The position numbers and the translations under genes were made by a program. The notes below the pieces were generated by a model, which was not told the origin of the DNA, did not search any database, and saw only the letters and a program-made list of their open reading frames with translations. Positions 15,315 through 23,166 of a DNA stretch of 32,000 bases are shown here, in pieces. The first letter of the stretch is position 1. Each line of letters begins with the position of its first letter. Origin of the DNA: Nitrosopumilaceae archaeon (GTDB lineage Archaea > Thermoproteota > Nitrososphaeria > Nitrososphaerales > Nitrosopumilaceae); assembly GCA_965203465.1 (NCBI GenBank), contig CBDBCR010000001.1, positions 428,060 to 460,059 on the forward strand. Direction: 5' to 3'.

Positions 15315-15512
15315 ATGGAAGGGCGGCGGGCGGTCAGGTGTCCGGAGTGCGATTCGGCGGTGCTCAACACGCCGCGCATAGTCGTGCGCCGCACAAAGTC
15401 GACCCGGATAGGGCTGCCGCTCAAGGCGTGCCCCCGGTGCAGGATAATCGTGGCGGCCGGGGCCATGGACGGCTGGAGGATATGGACGCCCAACGGGCTG
15501 GCCGAGACGTGA
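15315..15512 (+). CDS. Small zinc-ribbon protein (CPEC...CPRC)
   Basis: Track ORF 15306..15512. ATG 15315 is preferred because TTTTTTACTA lies ~26 nt upstream. High GC3 and two CxxC pairs. Confidence 0.55.
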   Translation: MEGRRAVRCPECDSAVLNTPRIVVRRTKSTRIGLPLKACPRCRIIVAAGAMDGWRIWTPNGLAET

Positions 15513-15571
15513 GGGCCGCCCCGCTTGGCCGCGGCCGCATGGGTTATACGCGCCGGGCGCGCACGTAGTGC

Positions 15572-16441
15572 GTGGCGCGCGGGTACGCATCCGACGAGCT
15601 TGGCAGGCGCGTGGCCGACCTGCTCGGATCGAACCCGGGCCTGCCGGGCTCGGAAATTTCGCGCAGGCTGGGCGTGGGCAGGGCCACCATGGCAAAGTAC
15701 CTCTCGCTCTTCGAATCCGAGGGCCTTGTGCGCAAGAGCCTCGCCGGCGGCGTGGCCCTCTGGCACGCAGGAGACGCGGCCGAGCGGTTCTCGTTTCCCG
15801 AGGACTATTTCCGCGTGCAGAAAAAATACTCAAAGGCGCTCTCGTCGCTTTCCGTCTCCGAGGCGCGCTCGCTCGTCTCGGGGTGCGCGCACTCGGGCGC
15901 GTCGGTCTCGCGCATGGTGTCGGAGGTGTTTTTGCCGTCGGTGCTAGAGACGGGCGCGCTCTTCGACCAGGGCAGGATCGGGGCCGCCGAGGAGAGCATG
16001 ATGAGGACGATGGTCTCCGATTCCATACGGCAGCTCGACTTTCCGCCGCCGCCCGAGCCGGGCAAGACCGCGGTGCTCATGTCGGCAGACTCGGACAGGC
16101 TCATGCTCGACGCCGCGCGCGCCATGTACGGCGCCGAGCGCTGGCGCACCTGCTCTCTAGGAAACGTGGCCACCGCGGCCGACGTGATATTCGACCTGGA
16201 CCTGCAAAAGCTCGTCGCGCGCGTCTCGGGCGGGCGCGGCACCACGGTCGTGGCCGTCTTTTCCGGCTCGCCCGAGCCCATGGCGTTCTTTGCAGAGGCC
16301 GTAAAGTCGGTAAAGTCGCGCCACCGCGGCCGGCTCCTGTCGGTGCTGTGCGGCCCCGACTGCGGCGTGGAGGCGGACCTTGCCACCGACGACCTCTCGG
16401 CGGTGCTCCAGTGGTCCGAGACCGCCTGCGGGGCGGCCTAG
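15572..16441 (+). CDS. Winged-HTH transcriptional regulator fused to a B12-binding-like (cap helical bundle + Rossmann-like) module lacking the DxHxxG His
   Basis: ORF track 289 aa, GTG start, with GTTATACG ~26 nt upstream. N-terminus SEISRRLGVGRATMAKYLSLFESEGLV is a wHTH. The middle, VSEVFLPSVLETGALFDQGRIGAAEESMMRTMV, resembles B12-binding_2. GKTAVLMSADSDRLML then sits where the Dx-H-xxG loop is expected. Confidence 0.65.
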   Translation: MARGYASDELGRRVADLLGSNPGLPGSEISRRLGVGRATMAKYLSLFESEGLVRKSLAGGVALWHAGDAAERFSFPEDYFRVQKKYSKALSSLSVSEARSLVSGCAHSGASVSRMVSEVFLPSVLETGALFDQGRIGAAEESMMRTMVSDSIRQLDFPPPPEPGKTAVLMSADSDRLMLDAARAMYGAERWRTCSLGNVATAADVIFDLDLQKLVARVSGGRGTTVVAVFSGSPEPMAFFAEAVKSVKSRHRGRLLSVLCGPDCGVEADLATDDLSAVLQWSETACGAA

Positions 16442-17319
16442 CCGAGCGCGATCCCGGCCGCCGCCAAGGCGCCTGCGGCCCTCGAAGACCAGACCGTCCT
16501 CGACATGGCCTCGATGCAGTCGCCCGAGTGGCCGCGGCGCAGCGAGAGGCCGGCGCGCGCGGCCAGGGGCAGGGCCGCCAACGCCAGCAGCGCAGAGTGC
16601 GGAAGGGCCCCAGAAAGGGCCCCCGCGGCCACCGAGGCGTAGGCGGCCGCCGCAAAGACCCAAAAGAGCGGAGCGGCCCTCTCCCTGCCCAAGAGCGTCA
16701 CGAGCGTCCTGCGCCCGCCGGCCTTGTCGGCGTCGTGGTCCGGAAAGGATGTCACGAACAGGACCAGCGCCGAGAGGCACCCCGCCGCCGCGCCGGCAAA
16801 GGCCACCTCGGCCCCGAGCCCGCCGGACTGTATCAGGTATGTGCCGGCCACGATGGCCGCGCCCTTGGCGGCAACGAAGACCTCGGCCAGCCCCGTATCG
16901 ACGATGCGCCCCGAGTACATGTACACCGAGACGACGGCAAAGGCCAGCAGGGCCGCGACGGGCCACCCCTGCATGTACACAAAGTACGCGCCGGCCGCGG
17001 CCCCCGCGGCGAGCAGCGCGAGGCCGGCCCTGCGCACCTTCTCCGGCTCCAGCAGGCCCTCGGGCAGCACGCCGGTGCCGCCGCTCATGCCTGTCCTGCG
17101 CGTCCTAGAGTCGATGCCGCGCCTGTAGTCGTGGTAGTCGTTGAGCATGTCGACGCTCGCGTGGAGGGCCAGCACGCCCGCCATGGTCAGGGCCGCGTGG
17201 CCCGCGTCGAGCGTCCCCGACTGCCACCACTGCAGCGCGAGGCCCGAGCACACGGCTATGACAGAGGCCAGCATGAACTTGGGGCGCGCCAGGCGGGCCC
17301 ACGCGCGCAGCGCGCCCAA
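16438..17319 (-). CDS. UbiA-family aromatic prenyltransferase (MenA-like)
   Basis: ORF track 293 aa, TTG start 2 nt after the upstream stop. NDYHDYRRGID and DHDADKAGGRRTL Asp-rich motifs are present, and the protein is polytopic. Confidence 0.75.
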   Translation of the reverse strand: MGALRAWARLARPKFMLASVIAVCSGLALQWWQSGTLDAGHAALTMAGVLALHASVDMLNDYHDYRRGIDSRTRRTGMSGGTGVLPEGLLEPEKVRRAGLALLAAGAAAGAYFVYMQGWPVAALLAFAVVSVYMYSGRIVDTGLAEVFVAAKGAAIVAGTYLIQSGGLGAEVAFAGAAAGCLSALVLFVTSFPDHDADKAGGRRTLVTLLGRERAAPLFWVFAAAAYASVAAGALSGALPHSALLALAALPLAARAGLSLRRGHSGDCIEAMSRTVWSSRAAGALAAAGIALG

Positions 17320-17320
17320 T

Positions 17321-17704
17321 CTACACTAGCGCCTCGTCGCTTACCTCGAGCGGCTTGCGCCCGGCAAAGCCCGACCCGATCTCGTGCCAGAACTTGACCG
17401 AATCCTCGCCGTACTTCCAGCACAGCCACACCTCCTCGCCGAACCTTTTCGACGGAAAGTCGGCCAGCCCGCCCTCGACGCTCTTTACTATCACGCCGGC
17501 CGACTCCATCTCCTCCATGTCGGCATGAAAGCGCGCGGCGGCAGAGTTGAAGCGCTGCTTCAGCCGTATCCACTCGTCCAGGCTGGAGGCCCGCGACATC
17601 ATGGCCTCGGCCTTGTCCATCTCGCCCTTTTCCTTGATGATTTTCCCCATCAGACCCGAGACGGCCGGAAGGGCGGCGTTGGCCTCGGACTGCGTAAAGA
17701 ACAC
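17321..17704 (-). CDS. DUF2203-family protein (assigned from memory)
   Basis: ORF track 127 aa. FTQSEANAALPAV...GGLADFPS...VWLCWKYGEDSVKFWHE..GFAGRKPL matches the family pattern I remember. TTTAAA box lies ~27 nt upstream. Confidence 0.7.
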   Translation of the reverse strand: MFFTQSEANAALPAVSGLMGKIIKEKGEMDKAEAMMSRASSLDEWIRLKQRFNSAAARFHADMEEMESAGVIVKSVEGGLADFPSKRFGEEVWLCWKYGEDSVKFWHEIGSGFAGRKPLEVSDEALV

Positions 17705-17725
17705 GCACGCGCGGCGGCCCGGCCC

Positions 17726-17735
17726 GATTTAAAGC
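17726..17735. promoter_or_regulatory. Palindromic TTTAAA TATA-like box in a divergent spacer
   Basis: GATTTAAAGC, ~27 nt from ATG 17704 (-). The + gene has its own box CTTTATACGG (17801-17810), 26 nt before TTG 17831. Confidence 0.45.
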
Positions 17736-17830
17736 CTGCGCGCGAACCCGCGCACTCTTTTCCGGGCCGCGGGGACGGCCCGCCGCTCCAAACAATCCAT
17801 CTTTATACGGGCGGCAGGCCGGCCGCCGAG

Positions 17831-18394
17831 TTGCTCAACAGGCTGCGCGGACGGCTAGAGCCGGCGCTTTCCGCGGTGGGGCGGGCGTTCGCGGCCACCG
17901 GCCTGCCGCCGGACTTTTGGACGTACCTCGGGCTGGCCCTCGCGCTGGCCTCGGCCGGCGCTTTCGCGAGCGGGCTGCAGCACGCCGCGCTCTTGGGCGG
18001 CGCGCTGCTCTTGGCCTCGGGATTCTTTGACGTGGTCGACGGGCAGGTGGCGCGCGCGGCAAAAAAAGAGTCGCGCCGCGGCGCGTTCGCCGACTCGCTC
18101 GCGGACAAGGCGGCCGAGGCGGCCGTCTTTGTCGGCATCATGGCCGGTTCCCTGGCCGAGCCGCTGCTGGTCGCCGCGGCCCTCTCGCTCTCGCTGCTGG
18201 TAAGCTACGCGCGGGCGCGCGCCGAATCTTTGGGCGTGCAGCTGTCCGGCGTCGGGATAGGCGAGCGCGCGGAGCGCCTGCTGATACTGGCCGTCGTGGG
18301 GATGTTTTGGATGGAGGCCGCCGTGGCCGCGGTGGCCGCCGCAGCGGCTATAACCTTGGCGCACAGGGCCGTATCCACGGCCCGGCGGCTCTAG
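17831..18394 (+). CDS. CDP-alcohol phosphatidyltransferase family (archaeal phospholipid head-group synthase)
   Basis: C-terminal 187 aa of track ORF 17384..18394. DGQVARAAKKESRRGAFADSLADK matches D-G-x2-A-R-x8-G-x3-D-x3-D. Start was set to TTG 17831 using the TATA spacing. Confidence 0.8.
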   Translation: MLNRLRGRLEPALSAVGRAFAATGLPPDFWTYLGLALALASAGAFASGLQHAALLGGALLLASGFFDVVDGQVARAAKKESRRGAFADSLADKAAEAAVFVGIMAGSLAEPLLVAAALSLSLLVSYARARAESLGVQLSGVGIGERAERLLILAVVGMFWMEAAVAAVAAAAAITLAHRAVSTARRL

Positions 18395-18678
18395 CGGAGC
18401 CGGCCGCGCTTGCGGCGGTTGTCCGCCGAGCGTATCTTTAGGATCTTGAAGTGTATGGCGCACGATATGCAGTACCAGTTGAGCACCTTGGGGGAGGCGA
18501 TGTAGGTGCCCTGCGCGCGCAGCTCCTTTGCGAGCGTGTGCTCGACTAGGCTGAGCCTGGAGGTGACCTTTTTGGCCTTGTCCTTGGGGACCGTCTGGCC
18601 GCAGTTGGAGCACTGGACAACGCCGGTCGAGCCCTTGCCCCCCTTGGTGCGGCCCCTGCTTGCGCGCTTTAGCGGCAT
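18391..18678 (-). CDS. rps26e: 30S ribosomal protein S26e
   Basis: Internal ATG of track ORF 18391..18726. MPLKRASRGRTKGGKGSTGVVQCSNCGQTVPKDKAKK...YCISCAIH matches S26e. CTATATATTC box lies ~27 nt upstream. Confidence 0.9.
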   Translation of the reverse strand: MPLKRASRGRTKGGKGSTGVVQCSNCGQTVPKDKAKKVTSRLSLVEHTLAKELRAQGTYIASPKVLNWYCISCAIHFKILKIRSADNRRKRGRLR

Positions 18679-18700
18679 GGGTGAGCGCGCCCGAATCTGG

Positions 18701-18710
18701 CTATATATTC
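18701..18710 (-). promoter_or_regulatory. TATA-like box for rps26e
   Basis: CTATATATTC, centred ~27 nt from ATG 18678. Confidence 0.5.
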
Positions 18711-18759
18711 GTGCGTCTGCCGGCAACCCCTAAATCGCTCGCGCCGGCGCCGCCCGGAA

Positions 18760-19620
18760 GTGAAGGCCGAGGTATGGGGGCACTGCACATTCGATTCGCT
18801 GTCGGTTGTCGGCGCCCGGTACCAGAGGCCGGGCGGGCCGCCCTGCTACTGCGGCCGCGCCGCGGCCCGCATGGGCGCCTCGGTCACGCTGCGCACGCGC
18901 TTCGGGCCCGACTTCGACCCCGCGCATCTTGGCGGCATGGAGTGCCCCGACGCTCGGTGCCCCTCGCCCACGACGCGCTTCCGCATAGAGGTGGAGGGGG
19001 CCTCGCGCCGCGTCTTTTTCGAAAACTCGTGCGAGCCGGTGCTGCCCGCCAGCTCCGATCCGGACTGTTCCATGGTCAACCCCGTCATGGGCGAGCTCGC
19101 AGGCGAGGCGCTGCTGTGCGCCCGCAGGGGCGGCTTCGTGATGCTCGACCCGCAGGGGTTTTTGCGCAGGGCCGGTGCCGGCGGCTTGGTGAGTTTCGAG
19201 GGGCGGGCCCCGGACATGGAGGGCGTCTCGGCCGTAAAGGCCAGCCCGCCGGAGCTGGAGGCCATGACGGGAAGCTGCGGCCTCGAGGGCATGAAGCTGC
19301 TGCAAAAGGCCGGCGCGGCCTGCGTGCTGCACACCGACGGGCTCGAGATATCTATGTTGGAGGGGGGGCGCCTGTACTCCATCCGGCTGCCCAACCGCGA
19401 CGTGGGCGACACGACCGGGGCCGGCGACATACTCGGCGCCACGTTCGCCTGCGCGATGGTGCGCGAGCGCGACCCCGTCTGGGCCCTGTGCTTCGCCGGC
19501 GGGGCGGTCCAGGCCGCGCTAGAGTCGGGCCTGCCGGGGCCCGACAAGGTGCAGCCTGCCGGGGCCACCTCGACCAACGCCTCGTACTTTTACAACCTGC
19601 TGGAATTCCGTTCCGCATGA
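18760..19620 (+). CDS. PfkB-family (ribokinase-like) sugar/nucleoside kinase
   Basis: ORF track 286 aa, GTG start. DTTGAGD motif lies near the C-terminus. Confidence 0.75.
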   Translation: MKAEVWGHCTFDSLSVVGARYQRPGGPPCYCGRAAARMGASVTLRTRFGPDFDPAHLGGMECPDARCPSPTTRFRIEVEGASRRVFFENSCEPVLPASSDPDCSMVNPVMGELAGEALLCARRGGFVMLDPQGFLRRAGAGGLVSFEGRAPDMEGVSAVKASPPELEAMTGSCGLEGMKLLQKAGAACVLHTDGLEISMLEGGRLYSIRLPNRDVGDTTGAGDILGATFACAMVRERDPVWALCFAGGAVQAALESGLPGPDKVQPAGATSTNASYFYNLLEFRSA

Positions 19621-19651
19621 TTATTTTACCGGTGGCGGGGGCGGGGCGCCC

Positions 19652-20653
19652 GTGAAGGTCTCGGTGTACGCGCCAGACGCGCCAGAGCAGTCGGTGCGCA
19701 GGCTGCGCCGCATGCTGGAGCTGGAGGGCGTGCAGAGCAGGGCGGCCAAGCCGCGCTCAAAGCCCGCCGGCGAGGACTGCGTGCTGGTGCTCGGCGGGGA
19801 CAAGGGGGTGCGCGAGTACTTTCACAAGGCGCCCGACACGTCGGTGCCGGTGCTGGGCCTAGGCGAGGGCGAATCGGGCGGCATGCTGGCGCAGACCGAC
19901 ATACGGGATCTCGCCTCGGATCTGCCGCGCCTGCGGCGCGGGCGGTACTCGGTGCAGGAGGTGCCGCGCCTCGGCGTGGCAATAGACGGGGGCGAGGCGC
20001 GCCCGGCGCTAAACGACGCGGCGGTCTTTCCTTCGCGCAGCGCCATGCTCATGGAGCACACGCTGCGCGTCAACGGCCAGGACGTCTGGCACGACAGCGG
20101 CGACGGCGTGATCGTCTCCACGCCGATGGGCTCGTCGGCGTATTCCATGTCGGCCGGCGGGCCTATGATATTCCAGGAATCGCGCGTCTTTGGCGTGATC
20201 TCGGTCAACTCGCTGGACATCACGCGCCGGCCCTTGGTGGTCTCGGACGGCTCGGTCATAGAGATGGGCGACATTTCGTCCCAGCTGCACTGCGAGGCGG
20301 TCATCGACGGCATCGCGCGCCACCCGGTCAAAAAGTCGGTCTCTTGCTCGCTGATGCAGCCGCCGGCGCGCATCGTGCGGCTGCGCGACGACTCCGCTTC
20401 CATAACGGCGCTCGCGCGCAAGGTGGATCTTGCGGCCGAGCTGCTGCGCATGCCGCCAAGCTCCAAACTTCTGCTAAAGACGCTAGAGTACGAGGGGGCC
20501 CTCACCCAGCGCGACCTTGCCAGCCGCACGATGCTGCCGCCGCGCACCCTGAGGCTCTCGCTGCGCCACCTGCTCGACGGCGGGTACGTCAAGCGGCGCG
20601 TCTCGGCGCGCGACGGCAGGCAGAGGATCTACGAGATTGCCGGGCTCGAATAA
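19652..20653 (+). CDS. nadK: NAD kinase fused to a C-terminal winged-HTH domain
   Basis: ORF track 333 aa, GTG start, with TTATTTTACC ~27 nt upstream. LVLGGDKG and DGVIVSTPMGSSAYSMSAGGP are NADK motifs. The last ~70 aa, LLKTLEYEGALTQRDLASRTMLPPRTLRLSLRHLLDGGYVKRR, are MarR/ArsR-like. Confidence 0.8.
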   Translation: MKVSVYAPDAPEQSVRRLRRMLELEGVQSRAAKPRSKPAGEDCVLVLGGDKGVREYFHKAPDTSVPVLGLGEGESGGMLAQTDIRDLASDLPRLRRGRYSVQEVPRLGVAIDGGEARPALNDAAVFPSRSAMLMEHTLRVNGQDVWHDSGDGVIVSTPMGSSAYSMSAGGPMIFQESRVFGVISVNSLDITRRPLVVSDGSVIEMGDISSQLHCEAVIDGIARHPVKKSVSCSLMQPPARIVRLRDDSASITALARKVDLAAELLRMPPSSKLLLKTLEYEGALTQRDLASRTMLPPRTLRLSLRHLLDGGYVKRRVSARDGRQRIYEIAGLE

Positions 20654-20678
20654 ATTGGGGGGCGCGGGGGACGCCGGC

Positions 20679-21077
20679 GTGCAGTGGACCGGCGGCCTGT
20701 TCGTGCGCCACGAGGGGGGCTTTGAGATGGTCATGCGGGCCCTCAACCACTACAACAGGCGGCTGCGACGCATCTCGGAAAGCCCCGAGCTGGGCTCGGC
20801 CGGGGCCATGCTGGCCTCGGTGCTCCAGTCCGAATCCGCAAAGACGGCGCCGAAACTGAAGGAGCTTGCCGCGCGCATGCGCGCCTCGCTGACAGACGAC
20901 GCCGCGCTGGCCTCGCTGGAAAACGACCTGGACTTGGCGGGGCGCGCCATGTCCTGCTACGCCTCGGACCTGCGCAGGGCCGCGTCGGGCGACGAGTTCT
21001 GCGCCTCGCTGCTGAGGGACGCCGACGAGCCCGGGGCCGTCGAGGCCGCCCTGGAAAAGCTCAAAGGGTACTGCTAG
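20679..21077 (+). CDS. Hypothetical helical protein
   Basis: Track ORF 20637..21077. Start was moved to GTG 20679 because GAATAAATTG lies ~26 nt upstream. High GC3. No family recognised. Confidence 0.5.
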   Translation: MQWTGGLFVRHEGGFEMVMRALNHYNRRLRRISESPELGSAGAMLASVLQSESAKTAPKLKELAARMRASLTDDAALASLENDLDLAGRAMSCYASDLRRAASGDEFCASLLRDADEPGAVEAALEKLKGYC

Positions 21078-22657
21078 GAGGCGGCCCTGACGAACGCAGA
21101 GAACGCCTCCTCTGGGAAGCCGGGCCTGCTGTTGAACTCGGGGTGGAACTGCACGCCGAGGAAGAATTTTTTGGACGGTATCTCGAGCACCTCTATGCGC
21201 CCGTCGGCGCTGCTGCCGCTGAATTCCATCCCCTCCGATTCCATCTCTTGGGCGTAGCGCGGGTTTATCTCGTAGCGGTGCCGGTGCCTCTTTGTTATCC
21301 TCTCGGCGCCGTATATGCTCGCCGCCATCGAGCCTTCGCGCAGCCGTATCTCCTCTGCGCCGAGGCGCAGCGAGCCGCCCATCCGGTCCTCGCCGCCGCG
21401 GCCCGGCAGCAGGCCCACCACGGGGTGGGCCGTGCGCGGGTCTATCTCGGTCGAGTTTGCCTCGGCCCTGCCGCAGGCCGCGCGGCAGAACGCGACCGCG
21501 GCGAGCTGGAACCCGAAGCAAATGCCGAGGTACGGCACGTCCCTCTCCATCGCGTAGCGCGCGGCCGAGAGTATGCCGTCCGAGCCGCGCGTGCCGAACC
21601 CGCCGGGCACCAGTATCCCGTCGTACTTTTCCAGGTCCGGCTCGGCGCCGATCGCCTCGGAGTCGAGCCAGTCTATCGCGACGGGGCGGCCGGCGCGCGC
21701 GCCCGCGTGCCGCAGCGCCTCGTTCACGCTCACGTAGCTGTCCGCCAGCGTCACGTACTTGCCCACCATGGCTATGCGGACCGGCTCGCCGGAGGGCTGC
21801 GCGCCGACCACGCCGTTCCACGCGCTCCACCCGCGCGACGTATCGACCAGCCCGATTACGCCGAACCTGCGCAGTATGGCGTCCTCGACGCCCTGCTCGT
21901 GCAGCATGGCCGGCACCTTGAAGACCGGATCGGCGTCGTGGCACGAGACCACGTCGCGCGCGGCCACGTTGGTGAACATGGCTATCTTGGACTTTGTCTT
22001 CTCTTCGAGCGGCTGCGAGCAGCGCACCGCCAGCATGTCCGGCTGTATGCCTATGCGGCGCAGCTCCTGCACGCTGTGCTGCGTGGGCTTTGTCTTCTGC
22101 TCGCCTACCACGTCCAGCGAGGGGGCCAGCGTGACGTGCACGAACACGACGGCGCCCGGGCCGTCCTCGGCCCTTATCTGCCTGAGCGCCTCGAGGAACG
22201 GCAGGCTCTCGATGTCCCCGACGGTGCCGCCGCACTCGACTACGAGCACGTCCAAATCCTCGTCCTTTGCCACGCCCCTTATGCGCCGCTTTATCTCGTC
22301 GGTGACGTGGGGTATTATCTGCACGCACGCGCCCAGGTACTCGCCTGCGCGCTCTGCCCTCAGCACGCTCGAATACACCTGCGCGGTGGTGATGTTGTGC
22401 GACCTGCGCATGTCCTGGTTGAGGAACCGCTCGTAGTTGCCTATGTCCATGTCGCACTCGCCGCCGTCCTCGGTCACGAAGACCTCGCCGTGGGCGACCG
22501 GGTTCATGGTGCCCGCGTCGTAGTTTAGGTACGGGTCTATCTTTACGCACGAGACCCGCTGGTTGGCAAGCTGGAGCAGCTTTGCTATCGAGGCGGTCGT
22601 GACGCCCTTGCCGAGCCCGGACATGACCCCGCCGGTCACAAAGACGTACCTCGTCAC
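21074..22657 (-). CDS. pyrG: CTP synthase
   Basis: ORF track 527 aa, GTG start. VFVTGGVMSGLGKG, the GICFGFQ glutaminase site and QFHPEF are present. Confidence 0.95.
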   Translation of the reverse strand: MTRYVFVTGGVMSGLGKGVTTASIAKLLQLANQRVSCVKIDPYLNYDAGTMNPVAHGEVFVTEDGGECDMDIGNYERFLNQDMRRSHNITTAQVYSSVLRAERAGEYLGACVQIIPHVTDEIKRRIRGVAKDEDLDVLVVECGGTVGDIESLPFLEALRQIRAEDGPGAVVFVHVTLAPSLDVVGEQKTKPTQHSVQELRRIGIQPDMLAVRCSQPLEEKTKSKIAMFTNVAARDVVSCHDADPVFKVPAMLHEQGVEDAILRRFGVIGLVDTSRGWSAWNGVVGAQPSGEPVRIAMVGKYVTLADSYVSVNEALRHAGARAGRPVAIDWLDSEAIGAEPDLEKYDGILVPGGFGTRGSDGILSAARYAMERDVPYLGICFGFQLAAVAFCRAACGRAEANSTEIDPRTAHPVVGLLPGRGGEDRMGGSLRLGAEEIRLREGSMAASIYGAERITKRHRHRYEINPRYAQEMESEGMEFSGSSADGRIEVLEIPSKKFFLGVQFHPEFNSRPGFPEEAFSAFVRAAS

Positions 22658-22689
22658 GGGCGCCGCCCGGGCAGCTCTTCTTTTGTACC

Positions 22690-23166
22690 TTACTTTTTGC
22701 TGTCCGAGACGGATGTGCCCGGGAAAAAGTCGGCCTCGCGCCCCTCCTCCAGGGCGTTCTTTATGGCCAGCACGGTGGTTATGGCCACGTTCTTGTACTT
22801 TTCGAACATGTCCATGGCCTCGACGGCCTCGCCGGTCTTCCAGGGCAGCAGCATGTTGCCCACGTACCCCCTTATGCGGTCCTCGGACGGCTCGAGCTTG
22901 TGGGCGAACTTGTTGCGTATGCGGTTCATCTGCTGGCCGTTGTAGTACAGCACGTCCGAGAGGAACCCCATGCCGTGCAGCAGCCTCAGCTTGAGCTCGG
23001 TCGGAAAGTAGTGCTCGTCGAGCAGGCTCTTCTGCCGGGGGAACTTTCTTTCTATGGCCGCGTCAAGATAGTGCTCCAAGTACAGGTGGGCCCGCACGAA
23101 CAGCGTGATCTCCTTCTCGGCCCCGAGTATCTCCTTTATGATGTCGTCGCGCACCGCGTCGCTCAT
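22690..23166 (-). CDS. HEPN-like protein (RNxxAH motif; MtlR/DUF4145/AbiD-like helical domain)
   Basis: Internal ATG 23166 of track ORF 22690..23265. It overlaps the trpA stop as ATGA. MNRIRNKFAHKLEP carries R-x4-H with Asn after the Arg. The upstream part of the track ORF is Arg-rich junk overlapping trpA. Confidence 0.6.
   Translation of the reverse strand: MSDAVRDDIIKEILGAEKEITLFVRAHLYLEHYLDAAIERKFPRQKSLLDEHYFPTELKLRLLHGMGFLSDVLYYNGQQMNRIRNKFAHKLEPSEDRIRGYVGNMLLPWKTGEAVEAMDMFEKYKNVAITTVLAIKNALEEGREADFFPGTSVSDSKK

Noticed and set aside
15568-17397. 609-aa plus-strand ORF spanning the regulator and the antisense of the prenyltransferase
   Set aside because: Extremely Arg/Gly/Ala-rich with no motifs. 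It is out of frame or antisense to two ORFs with recognisable domains (15572..16441 and 16438..17319).
20589-22550. 653-aa minus-strand ORF overlapping pyrG
   Set aside because: It shares the strand with CTP synthase but is off-frame. The low-complexity Arg-rich sequence contrasts with the unambiguous pyrG frame (21074..22657).
22690-23166. Idea that the gene after trpA is the missing trpF
   Set aside because: The sequence is all-helical with an RNxxAH motif. It shows none of the (beta/alpha)8 PRA-isomerase features.
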